Virus record (IMG/VR): IMGVR_UViG_3300044674_000827
Span: 1 to 36,005 of that record
From: a virus
Lineage: Duplodnaviria; Caudoviricetes
DNA: 36,005 nucleotides
Reading direction: 5' to 3' (one strand)
Shown: in pieces, positions 7,427 to 17,746 of the stretch
Numbering within the stretch: position 1 is the first letter of the stretch
Layout: each line of letters begins with the position of its first letter
Translations under genes and position numbers: made by a program
Notes under the pieces: generated by a model
Database searches by the model: none
What the model saw: only the letters and a program-made list of their open reading frames with translations
What the model was told of the DNA's origin: nothing

Positions 7427-8048
7427 AGATGTATATCAAAATGTCATCATCGATGTACAACAGCAACTGATAAAAGAATATGGTATAGAGGATCAGCAAT
7501 TACCTCTAACCATAGGTGGGATGGCAACTCCCATAGAAGAACCAGAGTTTAGAACTCTGCCTGAACATGTGGTACAAGATCTTAGGAATAAAGTGCCAGA
7601 TGGTGACTCTGCTGATATTCTACATACTAGAATAGTAGATCATCCATGGGTCTTAGATAACTTTAATCTACATAGACCCATACTCTCATATCTAAAGATG
7701 AAAGCAAATACACCTTATCTGTTACATCTTGATATGCCTATGAGAGCATCAGCAATCACATATGCTACTGATCCAGACTATCCTTTGGATTTGTGTTATG
7801 AAGTTTCAATACCACAATGGGATATATATGGTGAGCATTTAGGGATCATACCTCTTAAAAATTTAAGAAGTTATGAAAATACAATTACAATAAATAGTAG
7901 TACAGCACATATATGCAACTTTATGCTACCACATGGAGTTAAGACTATGAGGGAAGATAAGGGATGCGAAGTTGTACTGTTATACGAACCATGGCTGTCT
8001 TTTACAGACATGCTAAAAAAATACTTTTCTGGAGAACTATTAAAATGA
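7389..8048 (+). CDS. Putative cupin/2OG-Fe(II) oxygenase-fold protein
   Basis: LKMKAN...LHLD (HxD) and distal N-x-x-x-PHGV; no clear 2OG Arg. Confidence 0.5.
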   Translation: MNNKIKPTKVTSEDVYQNVIIDVQQQLIKEYGIEDQQLPLTIGGMATPIEEPEFRTLPEHVVQDLRNKVPDGDSADILHTRIVDHPWVLDNFNLHRPILSYLKMKANTPYLLHLDMPMRASAITYATDPDYPLDLCYEVSIPQWDIYGEHLGIIPLKNLRSYENTITINSSTAHICNFMLPHGVKTMREDKGCEVVLLYEPWLSFTDMLKKYFSGELLK

Positions 8049-8638
8049 GAAGAGACGAACAATTTGTTGAACAAATTAAATTTGACGAAGGTGTCAAGAA
8101 CGATGTATATCTAGATTCTTTAGGACTTAAAACTGTTGGTGTTGGTCACTTGATCAAGGAAGTTGATGGTGGATTAGAAAAACTTGAAGTTGGTGATACA
8201 ATCACTGATGAACAAGTTGAAGAGTTACTACTTGTCGACTTACATGAGCATCATGAAGAATGTAAGCACATGTGGGGCGAAGAAGTCTTCCATGCATTCC
8301 CAGGAGAAATCCAACATATACTACTCAACATGATGTTTAACATGGGACAAACTAGATTATCTGGTTTCAAAAAAATGTTAGCAGCATTAGAGAAAGGTGA
8401 CTATGCAGAAATGGCAGTTCAAATGATGGATTCTAAATGGGCAACTCAAGTTGGACCAAGAGCAACTAGACTCAGAGATAGAGTTGTTGCAGTTGGTAAA
8501 GCAATCGAAGAAGGAGACGAGTACTTTGCTAGTACAGGTTTCTTAGACTTTCTCGAAAGCGACCCAAGAAATCCTGTATTTGTTGAGAAATCGCCAGACG
8601 AAATCCCTGAAGAAAAAAGAAAAGAACTAGGATTATAA
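8045..8638 (+). CDS. e: T4-type lysozyme (GH24) with acidic C-terminal extension
   Basis: DEG...YLDSLG-x-x-TVGVGHL (Glu-Asp-Thr triad), NM-x-FNMG, DSKWATQVGPRATRL; start ATG 8045 after GGAG. Confidence 0.92.
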   Translation: MRRDEQFVEQIKFDEGVKNDVYLDSLGLKTVGVGHLIKEVDGGLEKLEVGDTITDEQVEELLLVDLHEHHEECKHMWGEEVFHAFPGEIQHILLNMMFNMGQTRLSGFKKMLAALEKGDYAEMAVQMMDSKWATQVGPRATRLRDRVVAVGKAIEEGDEYFASTGFLDFLESDPRNPVFVEKSPDEIPEEKRKELGL

Positions 8639-8642
8639 TATT

Positions 8643-8849
8643 ATGCCGATAAGTATGAAAGATGCGATAATAGAAGCAGGTAAACTGCATTTTGAAGGAC
8701 ACATTAAAAAACATCAAGTAAATGTAGAGAATCTTTTACATAACTCAGTTGGGGTGGCAGAACATCCTGATCTGATGGAAACTATCGAAAAAGAACTTGC
8801 GCAGATTGCCCATTACAGGGATTTGCTCGAAGAGATAGAAAGGTTCTAA
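8643..8849 (+). CDS. Conserved marine T4-like hypothetical protein
   Basis: GHI-x-KH-x-x-NVE...VGVAEHPD-x-METIEKEL signature. Confidence 0.75.
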   Translation: MPISMKDAIIEAGKLHFEGHIKKHQVNVENLLHNSVGVAEHPDLMETIEKELAQIAHYRDLLEEIERF

Positions 8850-8856
8850 AACCCCC

Positions 8857-8885
8857 TTTACAACAGGAGGTTATTGTAGTACAAT
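8857..8885 (+). promoter_or_regulatory. Sigma70-like promoter TTTACA-N17-TACAAT for DNA polymerase
   Basis: -35 at 8857-8862, -10 at 8880-8885, ATG 7 nt after the -10. Confidence 0.75.
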
Positions 8886-8892
8886 ATACTTG

Positions 8893-11388
8893 ATGGATTT
8901 TTATACGCATGTACATACCACTCGTGACTTAATTCTTGTTAGAGGTTATAAGGGAGGAAAGCAAGTAAAGGCAAAACTCCCTTACAAACCCACTCTATAT
9001 GTCTTATCTAAAAAAGACGACTCACCTTACAAAACACTAGACGGAAGAAATCTCGAACCAATACACCTCGATAGTATGGGAGGTGCTCGAAGATTCCGTG
9101 AAAAATACTCTGGTGTAGATTCATTTGAAGTACACGGATTTGATCGTTGGGCATATACCTATATCGCTGACACATTCAAAGGTGACATAGAGTACGACCC
9201 CAATCACATTCGAGTTTGTACTCTTGACATTGAGTGTGAGTGTGAAGAGGGATTCCCTGAACCAACACTAGCAAACGAAAGAGTCAATGCTATCACATTG
9301 AAACCATTTGGTAAACCTGCTCATGTATTTGGATTTGGCGAATGGGATCATCAAAGAAACATACACTACTATCCCTGCCAATCTGAAAAAGAACTTCTAA
9401 CTAAGTTCATCAAAGTTTGGCGAGAACTATCACCTGATTGTATTACAGGTTGGAATGTTGAAACCTTTGACATTGCCTATCTATGTAATCGTATTGACAA
9501 ACTGTTTGGTGAGGGTGAACATAGGAAACTATCACCATGGGGATTATCTAATACCAGAGAGTGGAACTTCATGGGTGGTACTAATGTTCAGCAATCTTGG
9601 AAACTACATGGTATCACAATTCTAGATTATCTACAAATCTATAAGAAGTTCACCTACACTAATCAAGAATCTTATCGTTTAGATAACATTGCTCAGGTAG
9701 AACTTGGTGAGGGTAAATTAGATTATGAACAATCATCCCTACACTTACTATACAAGCAAGACTACATCAAGTTCCTAGAGTATAACATTAAAGATGTTGA
9801 CTTGGTAGAAAGACTTGATAAGAAACTTGGTCTTATTAATCTAATCTTTGCTATGACTTATACTGCCAAGTGTAATTATGGCGATACCTTTGGTCAAGTT
9901 AGATACTGGGAAACAATCATTTATAACTTCCTAAGAGATAGGAATATACAAACACCACCACCTGCTTTAAAGACTGGCAACGATAAGAAAGGACCAATCA
10001 TTGGTGCGTATGTTAAAGACCCACAAGTAGGTGGGCACAATTGGGTACTTTCCTTTGACTTAAACTCACTGTATCCTCATTTGATTATGCAGTACAATAT
10101 GTCACCAGAGACTCTTACCGATAATCATGAAGATGTAACTGTTAAGAAACTACTTAATGAGCAATATGATTCCACATATATTAAACGCAAAGATGTGACA
10201 GTTGTACCTAATGGTGCAGTGTTTAGTAAGAAGAAACAAGGATTCTTACCAGAGTTAATGGAACAGTTCTACGATGAAAGGAAGTTATGGAAAGGTAGGA
10301 TGATTGAAGCATCAAAGAAACTACAAGTAGAAACTGATCCTAAGAAGAAAGAAGAACTGCAATCCATTATAACAATATGTCATAACAATCAGATGGTGAG
10401 AAAGATTTCTCTTAACTCAGCATATGGTGCTCTCGCAAATCAATACTTTGCTTTCTTTAACCTTAGAATCGCAGAGGGTATTACTACAGCAGGGCAGTTA
10501 TCTATACAATGGATTGAGAAGAAGATTAACGAATGGTTGAACAATCTACTTAAAACTGATGACGATTATGTTATCGCAATGGATACGGATTCAGTGTATG
10601 TAAGGTTTGATGAATTGATACAGAAAGTGAATCCTAAGAACCCATTACAATTTTTAGATCAGATTGCTAAAGAAAAGATAGAACCTTTTATTGATCAGTC
10701 TTATCAAGAACTTGCTGACTATGTAAATGCTTATGATCAAAAGATGCAGATGGCAAGAGAAGTGATAGCAGACAAAGGTATCTGGACTGCAAAGAAAAGA
10801 TACATTCTGAATGTACTTGATGACGAAGGAGTTCGACTTGCTCAACCTAAGTTGAAGATGATGGGTATAGAAACAGCAAAGTCGTCAACACCATTATGGG
10901 TAAGAAGAAGATTGGAACAAGGATTGAAGGTGGTCATGCAAGGTGACGAAATGGCAATACATAACTTTGTAGAAGAAAGTAGAACATTGTTTAGAGAGTT
11001 ACCACCTGAAGAAGTAGCATTCCCAAGAGGTGTTAAGGGATTGATGCAGTATAAAGACAATGCTAACATTTACACAAAGAGTACACCGATTCATGTAAGA
11101 GGTTCTTTGTTGTACAATCATTATCTAAACAAAAAAGGATTAGATATGAGATACAGTTTGATAAAAAATGGTGAGAAGATCAAGTTCTGTTATCTAAAAC
11201 TTCCTAACACTATTAATGAAAATGTAATTGCTTTCATTGATTTCTTGCCCAAAGAATTTGATTTACACAAGTATGTTGATTATGAAATACAGTTTCAAAA
11301 GTCTTTTGTAGAACCTCTACAGGCAATACTAGACACTATAGATTGGAATGTAGAACCAACTGCTAGTTTAGATAGTTTCTTTGCCTAA
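8893..11388 (+). CDS. 43: Family B DNA polymerase (gp43)
   Basis: Exo motifs DIECE, GWNVETFD, YNIKD; pol motifs SFDLNSLYPHL, KISLNSAYG, DTDS, KKRYIL; unsplit, no intein. Confidence 0.98.
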   Translation: MDFYTHVHTTRDLILVRGYKGGKQVKAKLPYKPTLYVLSKKDDSPYKTLDGRNLEPIHLDSMGGARRFREKYSGVDSFEVHGFDRWAYTYIADTFKGDIEYDPNHIRVCTLDIECECEEGFPEPTLANERVNAITLKPFGKPAHVFGFGEWDHQRNIHYYPCQSEKELLTKFIKVWRELSPDCITGWNVETFDIAYLCNRIDKLFGEGEHRKLSPWGLSNTREWNFMGGTNVQQSWKLHGITILDYLQIYKKFTYTNQESYRLDNIAQVELGEGKLDYEQSSLHLLYKQDYIKFLEYNIKDVDLVERLDKKLGLINLIFAMTYTAKCNYGDTFGQVRYWETIIYNFLRDRNIQTPPPALKTGNDKKGPIIGAYVKDPQVGGHNWVLSFDLNSLYPHLIMQYNMSPETLTDNHEDVTVKKLLNEQYDSTYIKRKDVTVVPNGAVFSKKKQGFLPELMEQFYDERKLWKGRMIEASKKLQVETDPKKKEELQSIITICHNNQMVRKISLNSAYGALANQYFAFFNLRIAEGITTAGQLSIQWIEKKINEWLNNLLKTDDDYVIAMDTDSVYVRFDELIQKVNPKNPLQFLDQIAKEKIEPFIDQSYQELADYVNAYDQKMQMAREVIADKGIWTAKKRYILNVLDDEGVRLAQPKLKMMGIETAKSSTPLWVRRRLEQGLKVVMQGDEMAIHNFVEESRTLFRELPPEEVAFPRGVKGLMQYKDNANIYTKSTPIHVRGSLLYNHYLNKKGLDMRYSLIKNGEKIKFCYLKLPNTINENVIAFIDFLPKEFDLHKYVDYEIQFQKSFVEPLQAILDTIDWNVEPTASLDSFFA

Positions 11389-11410
11389 ATAATTGTATTG
11401 AGGAATAATT

Positions 11411-11845
11411 ATGTACGAATATAATGCTAAAATTTTAAAAGTGGTTGATGGTGATACAGTAGATATTGACATCGATTTAGGATTCGACATCCTTTTAAAA
11501 GACGAAAGGGTTAGACTTGCAGGTATAGATACACCTGAGAGTAGAACACGCGATCTTGAAGAAAAGAAGTTCGGATTACTATCAAAACAATTTCTTAAAG
11601 AGAGACTTGCAAAAGGAAAAACATACAAGTTGGTCACTGAGAAATACGATTCCAAAGGTAAGTTTGGTCGTATCATAGGTGACATTCATATCTTTAATGA
11701 AACTAACAAAACATGGAAATCAGTATGTCAATTATTGATTGAAAATCGTATGGCAGTACCATATCATGGACAGTCAAAAGACGACATAAAAGATTTACAT
11801 GAAACTAATCGAAAGTACCTTTACGAAAAGGGTATTATAGATTAG
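11411..11845 (+). CDS. Staphylococcal-nuclease-like (SNase) protein
   Basis: VVDGDTVD, VRLAGIDTPES, GKFGRIIG; late-type CCTAAATA at 11384-11391. Confidence 0.9.
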   Translation: MYEYNAKILKVVDGDTVDIDIDLGFDILLKDERVRLAGIDTPESRTRDLEEKKFGLLSKQFLKERLAKGKTYKLVTEKYDSKGKFGRIIGDIHIFNETNKTWKSVCQLLIENRMAVPYHGQSKDDIKDLHETNRKYLYEKGIID

Positions 11846-11854
11846 AATATAACT

Positions 11855-12046
11855 ATGGATCATAACTTAATAGATATAATCTTTTTTGGGTTCTGTTCAG
11901 CGATAACTGCATTACTTCTATATATGGAGCATCAGATATCTCAGATCAAAACTATGATGGAAGAGCATATTAAGTATGATCAAAATTTATGTAATGGAGA
12001 AGTGAATGAGTTTTCTAAAAGATCTAGTAAAGGCGACAGGGAATGA
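11855..12046 (+). CDS. Small single-TM hypothetical protein
   Basis: Hydrophobic N-terminus; overlaps the uvsX start. Confidence 0.6.
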   Translation: MDHNLIDIIFFGFCSAITALLLYMEHQISQIKTMMEEHIKYDQNLCNGEVNEFSKRSSKGDRE

Positions 12047-13079
12047 GTATGCCAATGTTGTATCAGATGGCATAGAAGCAGGTGATGTTGACGGATTTGT
12101 CGACACTGGTTCTTACATTTTTAATGCCCTTTTATCAGGTTCACTGTATGGTGGACTTCCCGAAAATAAAATAACTGCGATTGCTGGTGAGTCTGCTACA
12201 GGTAAGACTTTCTTTGCTTTAGGTATTTGTAAAAGATTCCTAGAGGATAATCCAGATGCAGCAGTTATGTACTTTGAGTCAGAGTCAGCGATTACTACTC
12301 AAATGATTGAAGAACGAGGTATTGATCCCAATCGTATCGTTATCGTTCCAGTTGTAACAGCACAAGAGTTCCGAACTCAAACGATCAAAGTCATTGATCG
12401 TTATCTAGAAACAGATGAAAGTAAAAGACCCAAGATGATGTTTGTCTTGGATTCACTTGGTATGTTATCTACAACTAAAGAGATTGAAGATACTGCTGAG
12501 GGTAAAGAAACAAGAGATATGACCAGAGCACAAATACTCAAAGGTACTTTCAGAGTTCTTACTTTGAAACTAGGTCGAGCAAAAGTTCCTATGATAGTGA
12601 CAAACCATACATATGACAGTATTGGTTCATTGTTCCCAACTAAAGAGATGGGTGGTGGATCAGGTCTTAAGTATGCTGCGAGTTCTATAATATTCTTATC
12701 AAAGAGAAAAGAAAAAGATGGTAAAGATGTTATTGGTAATATCATCCATTGTAAGAATGCTAAGTCGAGGTTGACTATTGAAAACAAAATCGTAGATACT
12801 AAACTAATGTATGATAGTGGTCTAGATAGATACTATGGTTTACTTGAATTAGGATTGAAGTATGGTGTGTTTAAACAGAAATCCACCAGAATAGAATTGC
12901 CAGATGGTACTACACAATTTGGTAAAACAATTAACAACAACCCTGAGAAATACTTTACTCCAGAGATCATGCAGCAACTAGAAGATGCTGCTGGCAAAGA
13001 GTTTAAGTATGGTGGAGCAGTTGAATTTGATAAAGAAACAGGAGAAATAACTGATGAAGAATATACTGACAAGTCTTAA
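12006..13079 (+). CDS. uvsX: UvsX RecA-like recombinase
   Basis: [17 protein letters not shown] Walker [28 protein letters not shown]. Confidence 0.97.
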   Translation: MSFLKDLVKATGNEYANVVSDGIEAGDVDGFVDTGSYIFNALLSGSLYGGLPENKITAIAGESATGKTFFALGICKRFLEDNPDAAVMYFESESAITTQMIEERGIDPNRIVIVPVVTAQEFRTQTIKVIDRYLETDESKRPKMMFVLDSLGMLSTTKEIEDTAEGKETRDMTRAQILKGTFRVLTLKLGRAKVPMIVTNHTYDSIGSLFPTKEMGGGSGLKYAASSIIFLSKRKEKDGKDVIGNIIHCKNAKSRLTIENKIVDTKLMYDSGLDRYYGLLELGLKYGVFKQKSTRIELPDGTTQFGKTINNNPEKYFTPEIMQQLEDAAGKEFKYGGAVEFDKETGEITDEEYTDKS

Positions 13080-13209
13080 AAACTTCTTCATGTCTGGTTA
13101 TGAGAGAATCCGTGCTAGAGATAGCAAGGGCAGATACATCGCTGATGATCCTCGTACCAAGTACACGAATGAAGCATATACAATCAGAAAGAAAAACGCA
13201 AAGAAATAG
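13054..13209 (+). CDS. Small basic protein, 51 aa ([14 protein letters not shown]-x-T...NEAY motif)
   Basis: Not in ORF track; SD AGGAG upstream; stop abuts the gp41 ATG. Confidence 0.7.
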   Translation: MKNILTSLKNFFMSGYERIRARDSKGRYIADDPRTKYTNEAYTIRKKNAKK

Positions 13210-14601
13210 ATGTCAGATAAAAGATTAGAGTTTGTAATACTAAAAAACTTAGTCAAAGAGGATGTCTTTGCTCGTAAAGTTTTACCATTCATTCAAGATG
13301 AATACTTCGCAGAAAGAGACGAAAGGTATGTCTACGAGCAAATCAAAGAGTACTTCACCAAGTACAATACCATTCCTACAGTAGAAGCATTGGGCATAGA
13401 ACTTGATAGTGCATCCATGAATGATGCAGATTTCAAATTAACCAAAGTCATTCTTGACAAACTTTACAAAGACAACGATGATACACCTCTCGAATGGTTA
13501 GTTGAACAAACTGAGAAATGGTGTAAAGATCGTGCTATCTACAATGCTGTTATGGACAGTATTGAAATCTTAGATGAGAAAGGTAAAAGATCGCAAGGAG
13601 AAATACCAGACTTACTCAAAGAAGCATTGTCTGTATCTTTTGACACCAACATTGGTCATGACTTTTTGATGGACAGTGATAGGAGATATGAATTCTATCA
13701 TACTGAAGAAACCAAACTTCCATTTGATTTAGATTACTTCAACAAGATTACCAAAGGTGGTCTGCCAAACAAGACTTTAAATATAGCATTGGCAGGTACA
13801 GGTGTTGGTAAAACTTTGTTTATGGGACATGTCGCAGCAAACTGCTTGATGATGGGTAAGAATGTTTTGTACATTACTATGGAGATGGCAGAAGAAAGGA
13901 TTGCTGAAAGAATAGATGCTAATCTATTGAACATTCCTATTAGAGAACTTACAGAGTTGCCTAAAACAATGTATGATAAGAAGATTGAAAGGTTGAGAGA
14001 AAAAACCAAAGGAAAACTTATCATCAAAGAATATCCTACAGCAGGTGCTCATGTTGGTCACTTCAGACATTTGCTTCAGGAACTTAATCTTAAGAAGGAT
14101 TACAAACCAGATCTTATAGTAATTGACTATTTGAACATATGTACTTCTTTTAGAGTAAGACCAGGATCTAATGTTAACTCTTACACTCTGGTGAAGAGTA
14201 TTGCTGAAGAACTTAGAGGATTGGCAGTAGAGTTTGATGTGCCTGTGTTAAGTGCTACTCAAACTACAAGAGGTGGTTATGCTAATACAGATATTGATCT
14301 TACAGATACTTCTGAGTCCTTTGGGTTACCAGCAACTGCTGACTTCATGTTTGCTTTAATTAGTAGTGAAGAATTAGAGCAGTTAGATCAAATGTTAATA
14401 AAACAATTGAAGAACAGATACAATGATCCAACCATGAACAAAAGATTTGTAGTAGGTGTGGATAGAAGTAGAATGAAACTTTATGATTGTGAACAACAAG
14501 CACAAGAAGAACTAATTGACAATGGACCAGTCTTTGATCAAACCAGAGCAGGTGGCAAGAACTTTAGTAAATTCCAGGAGTTTGATTACAGTAATGGGTA
14601 A
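13210..14601 (+). CDS. 41: DnaB-like replicative helicase (gp41)
   Basis: LAGTGVGKT, ITMEMAEERIAERIDAN, IDYLNI, SATQTTR, TSESFGLPATAD, KQLKNRY. Confidence 0.97.
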   Translation: MSDKRLEFVILKNLVKEDVFARKVLPFIQDEYFAERDERYVYEQIKEYFTKYNTIPTVEALGIELDSASMNDADFKLTKVILDKLYKDNDDTPLEWLVEQTEKWCKDRAIYNAVMDSIEILDEKGKRSQGEIPDLLKEALSVSFDTNIGHDFLMDSDRRYEFYHTEETKLPFDLDYFNKITKGGLPNKTLNIALAGTGVGKTLFMGHVAANCLMMGKNVLYITMEMAEERIAERIDANLLNIPIRELTELPKTMYDKKIERLREKTKGKLIIKEYPTAGAHVGHFRHLLQELNLKKDYKPDLIVIDYLNICTSFRVRPGSNVNSYTLVKSIAEELRGLAVEFDVPVLSATQTTRGGYANTDIDLTDTSESFGLPATADFMFALISSEELEQLDQMLIKQLKNRYNDPTMNKRFVVGVDRSRMKLYDCEQQAQEELIDNGPVFDQTRAGGKNFSKFQEFDYSNG

Positions 14602-15316
14602 TATTACCATTCCAGGATCAGATATCATGATTGATTATTATATCAATCATTTCAGAAAAGAAATACTCATAATTCATTTCAAGCATGGTACATCTTATGT
14701 TACTAATGTTTTAAAAGATCAAGGGACCTGGATTTATGGTAGAAGAGAAATAAATGCTAAAGGTGTAGACGAGACATTAGCATTTAAGAAACTGCAGGTG
14801 TTTCATTCTAGATATAAAGACTACACTAAATTCATAACAACGAGAGATGTGGAAAAAAGTTTTGTATCTGGTTTCTGTTATGAAATGAGAACAGGACTTT
14901 CTAGTTTCATAGTAGATGAGACTCAAACCAAATCTGAATACAGCGAAATGTTAAAAGGGTTTGTGGAATTAGCAGGTGGACCAAAGCAAATGATAGATAG
15001 ATGGATGAACAAAATGATTCGAAGTAATGGCACCTTTATGTCAGTCTTTTATGCTCATGTATTTCCTGATGTTGCTAACAGTATCATTGAGGAAGTTGAT
15101 TACACTATACCCATAAATCAATTAGCAAAATTCTTTACAGATAGGGATATAGAGGTTCCTGATAAAGTTGCTAATGAAACTGATAAGATGATACAAGAAA
15201 CTACAATGGAAGTCTTTAAAGAAATAGGAGTGATTGATTATCTAAAGTTCAGTTGCCCACAGCAATATGAATACAAAGCAAAACTTTTAGAAAAACCACT
15301 TTACGACACTATCTAA
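14594..15316 (+). CDS. Degenerate sulfotransferase-like protein
   Basis: IIHFKHGTS resembles the 5'-PSB (K-x-GT-S) and TTRDVEKSFVSGF the 3'-PB (R-x-P-x-x-R-x-x-S) motif. Confidence 0.5.
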   Translation: MGNITIPGSDIMIDYYINHFRKEILIIHFKHGTSYVTNVLKDQGTWIYGRREINAKGVDETLAFKKLQVFHSRYKDYTKFITTRDVEKSFVSGFCYEMRTGLSSFIVDETQTKSEYSEMLKGFVELAGGPKQMIDRWMNKMIRSNGTFMSVFYAHVFPDVANSIIEEVDYTIPINQLAKFFTDRDIEVPDKVANETDKMIQETTMEVFKEIGVIDYLKFSCPQQYEYKAKLLEKPLYDTI

Positions 15317-15329
15317 TTTTTAGTATTAT
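15300..15329 (+). promoter_or_regulatory. Sigma70-like promoter TTTACG-N18-TATTAT
   Basis: Shares TTTAC-x-ACAC...TTTTTAG-TAT-x-AT with 35308 and 35598; ATG 6 nt after the -10. Confidence 0.6.
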
Positions 15330-15335
15330 ATGATA

Positions 15336-15506
15336 ATGGGTACAATACGACCGAAAAAACTTTTAGAATTGTTACAAGAGAAAGTTGCCCTCAAGAAGCA
15401 ACTCATTCTGCTTAAGAAAACAGGTGATACAAAGGAGACTAAGAAACTAGTTGCTCAGATAACTAAGATTGAGAAACAACTAAGTTCAAACACCATAAGG
15501 AAATAA
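15336..15506 (+). CDS. Small basic coiled-coil protein, 56 aa
   Basis: Not in ORF track; MGTIRPKKLLELLQEKVALKKQLILLKK...; fills the gap; late-type AATAAATA at 15502-15509 overlaps its stop. Confidence 0.7.
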   Translation: MGTIRPKKLLELLQEKVALKKQLILLKKTGDTKETKKLVAQITKIEKQLSSNTIRK

Positions 15507-15514
15507 ATAGTCTT

Positions 15515-16720
15515 ATGGCAAAGAATCTCCACCTTGAACATCTAGAAGATGAAATACTGAACACTGGTTTTGTAGGTGCCAGAGGTTCTATATTGTTCCT
15601 GATCGAACTACATAAAATGTTGAATGGTCATACTAAAGGATCATACAACATGACTGTTAAATGGGATGGAGCACCTGCTATCTTTGCAGGAACACATCCT
15701 GAAACAGGTGAGTTCATCATAGCAAAGAAAAGTTTATTTAATGCTAATCCTAAATTCTACAGAAGTGTTCCCGAGATAAACTCAGCAACTGACTTATCAG
15801 ACGGATTAAAGAAAAAGTTTGTAGCATCTTTTATGTATCTCAAAGATACTATGCCTAAAGGTGCTATCTATCAAGGTGACTTATTGTTCACCGACGACAT
15901 AAGTGTGCAGAATATGGATGGTGTTAAATCTTTCACATTCACTCCTAATACGATCACATATTCTGTACCAGTCGATTCTGATGTAGGTAGAGAAATCAAA
16001 GCAGCAAAAGTAGGTATCGTATGGCATACCAAATACACAGGCAGTGAGTTAGAGAATATGTCTGCTAGTTTTGGAGTGAACATAACTCAATTCAAAAAAT
16101 CAAAATATGTATGGGCACAAGATGCTACTTACAAAGATGTGAGTGGTAGTTCAACTATGCCTGCCAAACTATCATTACAAGTTCGTAATGCTCTATCTAA
16201 TGCTGGTAAAGCATTTAAGAAAATCAAAGCAAAAGACATTAACAACTTCTTAAAAATACAAAACACTGTTACAGCAAAAGGTGCGAGTGGTGGATCATAT
16301 AAAACCTATGTCAATAGCATCGTTAGAGAAAGACGATTCAATCCAACTGCTCAAGAATACATAAACTATGTGGAGAAATATTGGGCAGAAAAGGTAGTGG
16401 CTCCACTTAAAACTGAAAAGACCAGAGCAATCAAAGAACAGATAGGTAAAGATTTGATTAGAGATCTTAAATACCTAAGAGGAACTATAGATGCCATAGC
16501 AGTATTTCAAAAGCATATGGTAGACGGAAAGGATGCTATAATAAAGCACCTAAATAAATTGAAATCTATTGGAACATTCCTTAGAACACCAAATGGTTAT
16601 AAGGTCACAGAACCTGAAGGATATGTTGCTATAGATAGAAAAGGATCTGCGGTCAAACTTGTTGATCGTTTAGAATTTTCATTTAACAATTTTACAGCAA
16701 GGAAGGACTGGGACAAATAA
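15515..16720 (+). CDS. Conserved marine T4-like protein (DUF6267-like) with ligase-type nucleotidyltransferase motifs
   Basis: MAKN-x-HLEHLED start; TVKWDG (motif I), YQGDLL (III), EGYVAI (IV), VKLVDR (V). Confidence 0.75.
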   Translation: MAKNLHLEHLEDEILNTGFVGARGSILFLIELHKMLNGHTKGSYNMTVKWDGAPAIFAGTHPETGEFIIAKKSLFNANPKFYRSVPEINSATDLSDGLKKKFVASFMYLKDTMPKGAIYQGDLLFTDDISVQNMDGVKSFTFTPNTITYSVPVDSDVGREIKAAKVGIVWHTKYTGSELENMSASFGVNITQFKKSKYVWAQDATYKDVSGSSTMPAKLSLQVRNALSNAGKAFKKIKAKDINNFLKIQNTVTAKGASGGSYKTYVNSIVRERRFNPTAQEYINYVEKYWAEKVVAPLKTEKTRAIKEQIGKDLIRDLKYLRGTIDAIAVFQKHMVDGKDAIIKHLNKLKSIGTFLRTPNGYKVTEPEGYVAIDRKGSAVKLVDRLEFSFNNFTARKDWDK

Positions 16721-17718
16721 TGAAGAATAAAGTGATATGGGAAGATATCCCAACATGGGTTAACCATGAAAAGGAAATTGTATGTTACACTCCAGTTAAG
16801 AGTGGACATTCAACAATTTACAATATATTGTTAGATAATGGATTTGAACGAATAAGTAAGGATGATATAGAGGGAGATCACCCAGCAGGTGAAGATTACT
16901 CTGTATGCCCTTACTATGACAGAATATGGGGTGACAAACCTGTATCTTGGCATGATAATATACAGAAACCACTAGTTGAAATACTAGGATACGAAGATTA
17001 TACATCGTATCTTTTTGTTAGACATCCTGTGAGTCGCTTTTTCTCAGGTCTTTTTACTGAATTAGATAATTCTGCTGTTACAATGATGCACAACATATGT
17101 GCTGATGAAAAAGTTGATCTTGTAGAAAGAACACATAGAATTACAAACATGTTCTCTGCATTGATACAGCATTTCTGGAATGGATTTTTAGATAGATTGA
17201 TATTACCTGTACAACATGGTCAGCAATCTTCACATTGTTGGTTATTAAGTAGAGACCTCTATGAAGGTAAATCTATATATGACTATGTACATAACTTAGT
17301 AAGTTTTGACACTACCAATGATGCAGAATTAAAATCATCAGTAATGATAGAAAACACTAAACAATTAAGAGAATTAGGTATCGTTGATGACATAGATGCT
17401 AAGAGAGATTTTTCTGAGAACCCTACAGAGAATATGATCTACAATGGATTCTTTGAAGCAATAAACAATTTACCTGATTTCTTAGAAGATGTTGAGGGCA
17501 TATTATGGGAAGAGTGTGTGCACATTAAATGTAATGAGTGGAAGTTCTTAGGACAACCAGCACCAACACCTCTTTTACACCTAATGAATAATATGAACGA
17601 TCTTGATGAAACTGAATCTGACGAAGAAGTAGAAGAAGAAAAGCATACCAATTTAACTCGTAGAGAAAAAGTCCTTTTAGACCCATTATCCGCAAGTCAA
17701 AATAAATCCTCAGAATAG
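16720..17718 (+). CDS. Sulfotransferase-family protein
   Basis: PVKSGHST and FVRHPVSRFFSG PAPS-binding-like motifs; acidic tail. Confidence 0.65.
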   Translation: MKNKVIWEDIPTWVNHEKEIVCYTPVKSGHSTIYNILLDNGFERISKDDIEGDHPAGEDYSVCPYYDRIWGDKPVSWHDNIQKPLVEILGYEDYTSYLFVRHPVSRFFSGLFTELDNSAVTMMHNICADEKVDLVERTHRITNMFSALIQHFWNGFLDRLILPVQHGQQSSHCWLLSRDLYEGKSIYDYVHNLVSFDTTNDAELKSSVMIENTKQLRELGIVDDIDAKRDFSENPTENMIYNGFFEAINNLPDFLEDVEGILWEECVHIKCNEWKFLGQPAPTPLLHLMNNMNDLDETESDEEVEEEKHTNLTRREKVLLDPLSASQNKSSE

Positions 17719-17730
17719 ACCTCAAAAAGA

Positions 17731-17738
17731 TATAAATA
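17731..17738 (+). promoter_or_regulatory. T4-type late promoter TATAAATA
   Basis: Exact consensus 8 nt before ATG 17747. Confidence 0.85.
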
Positions 17739-17746
17739 GTCTTACC

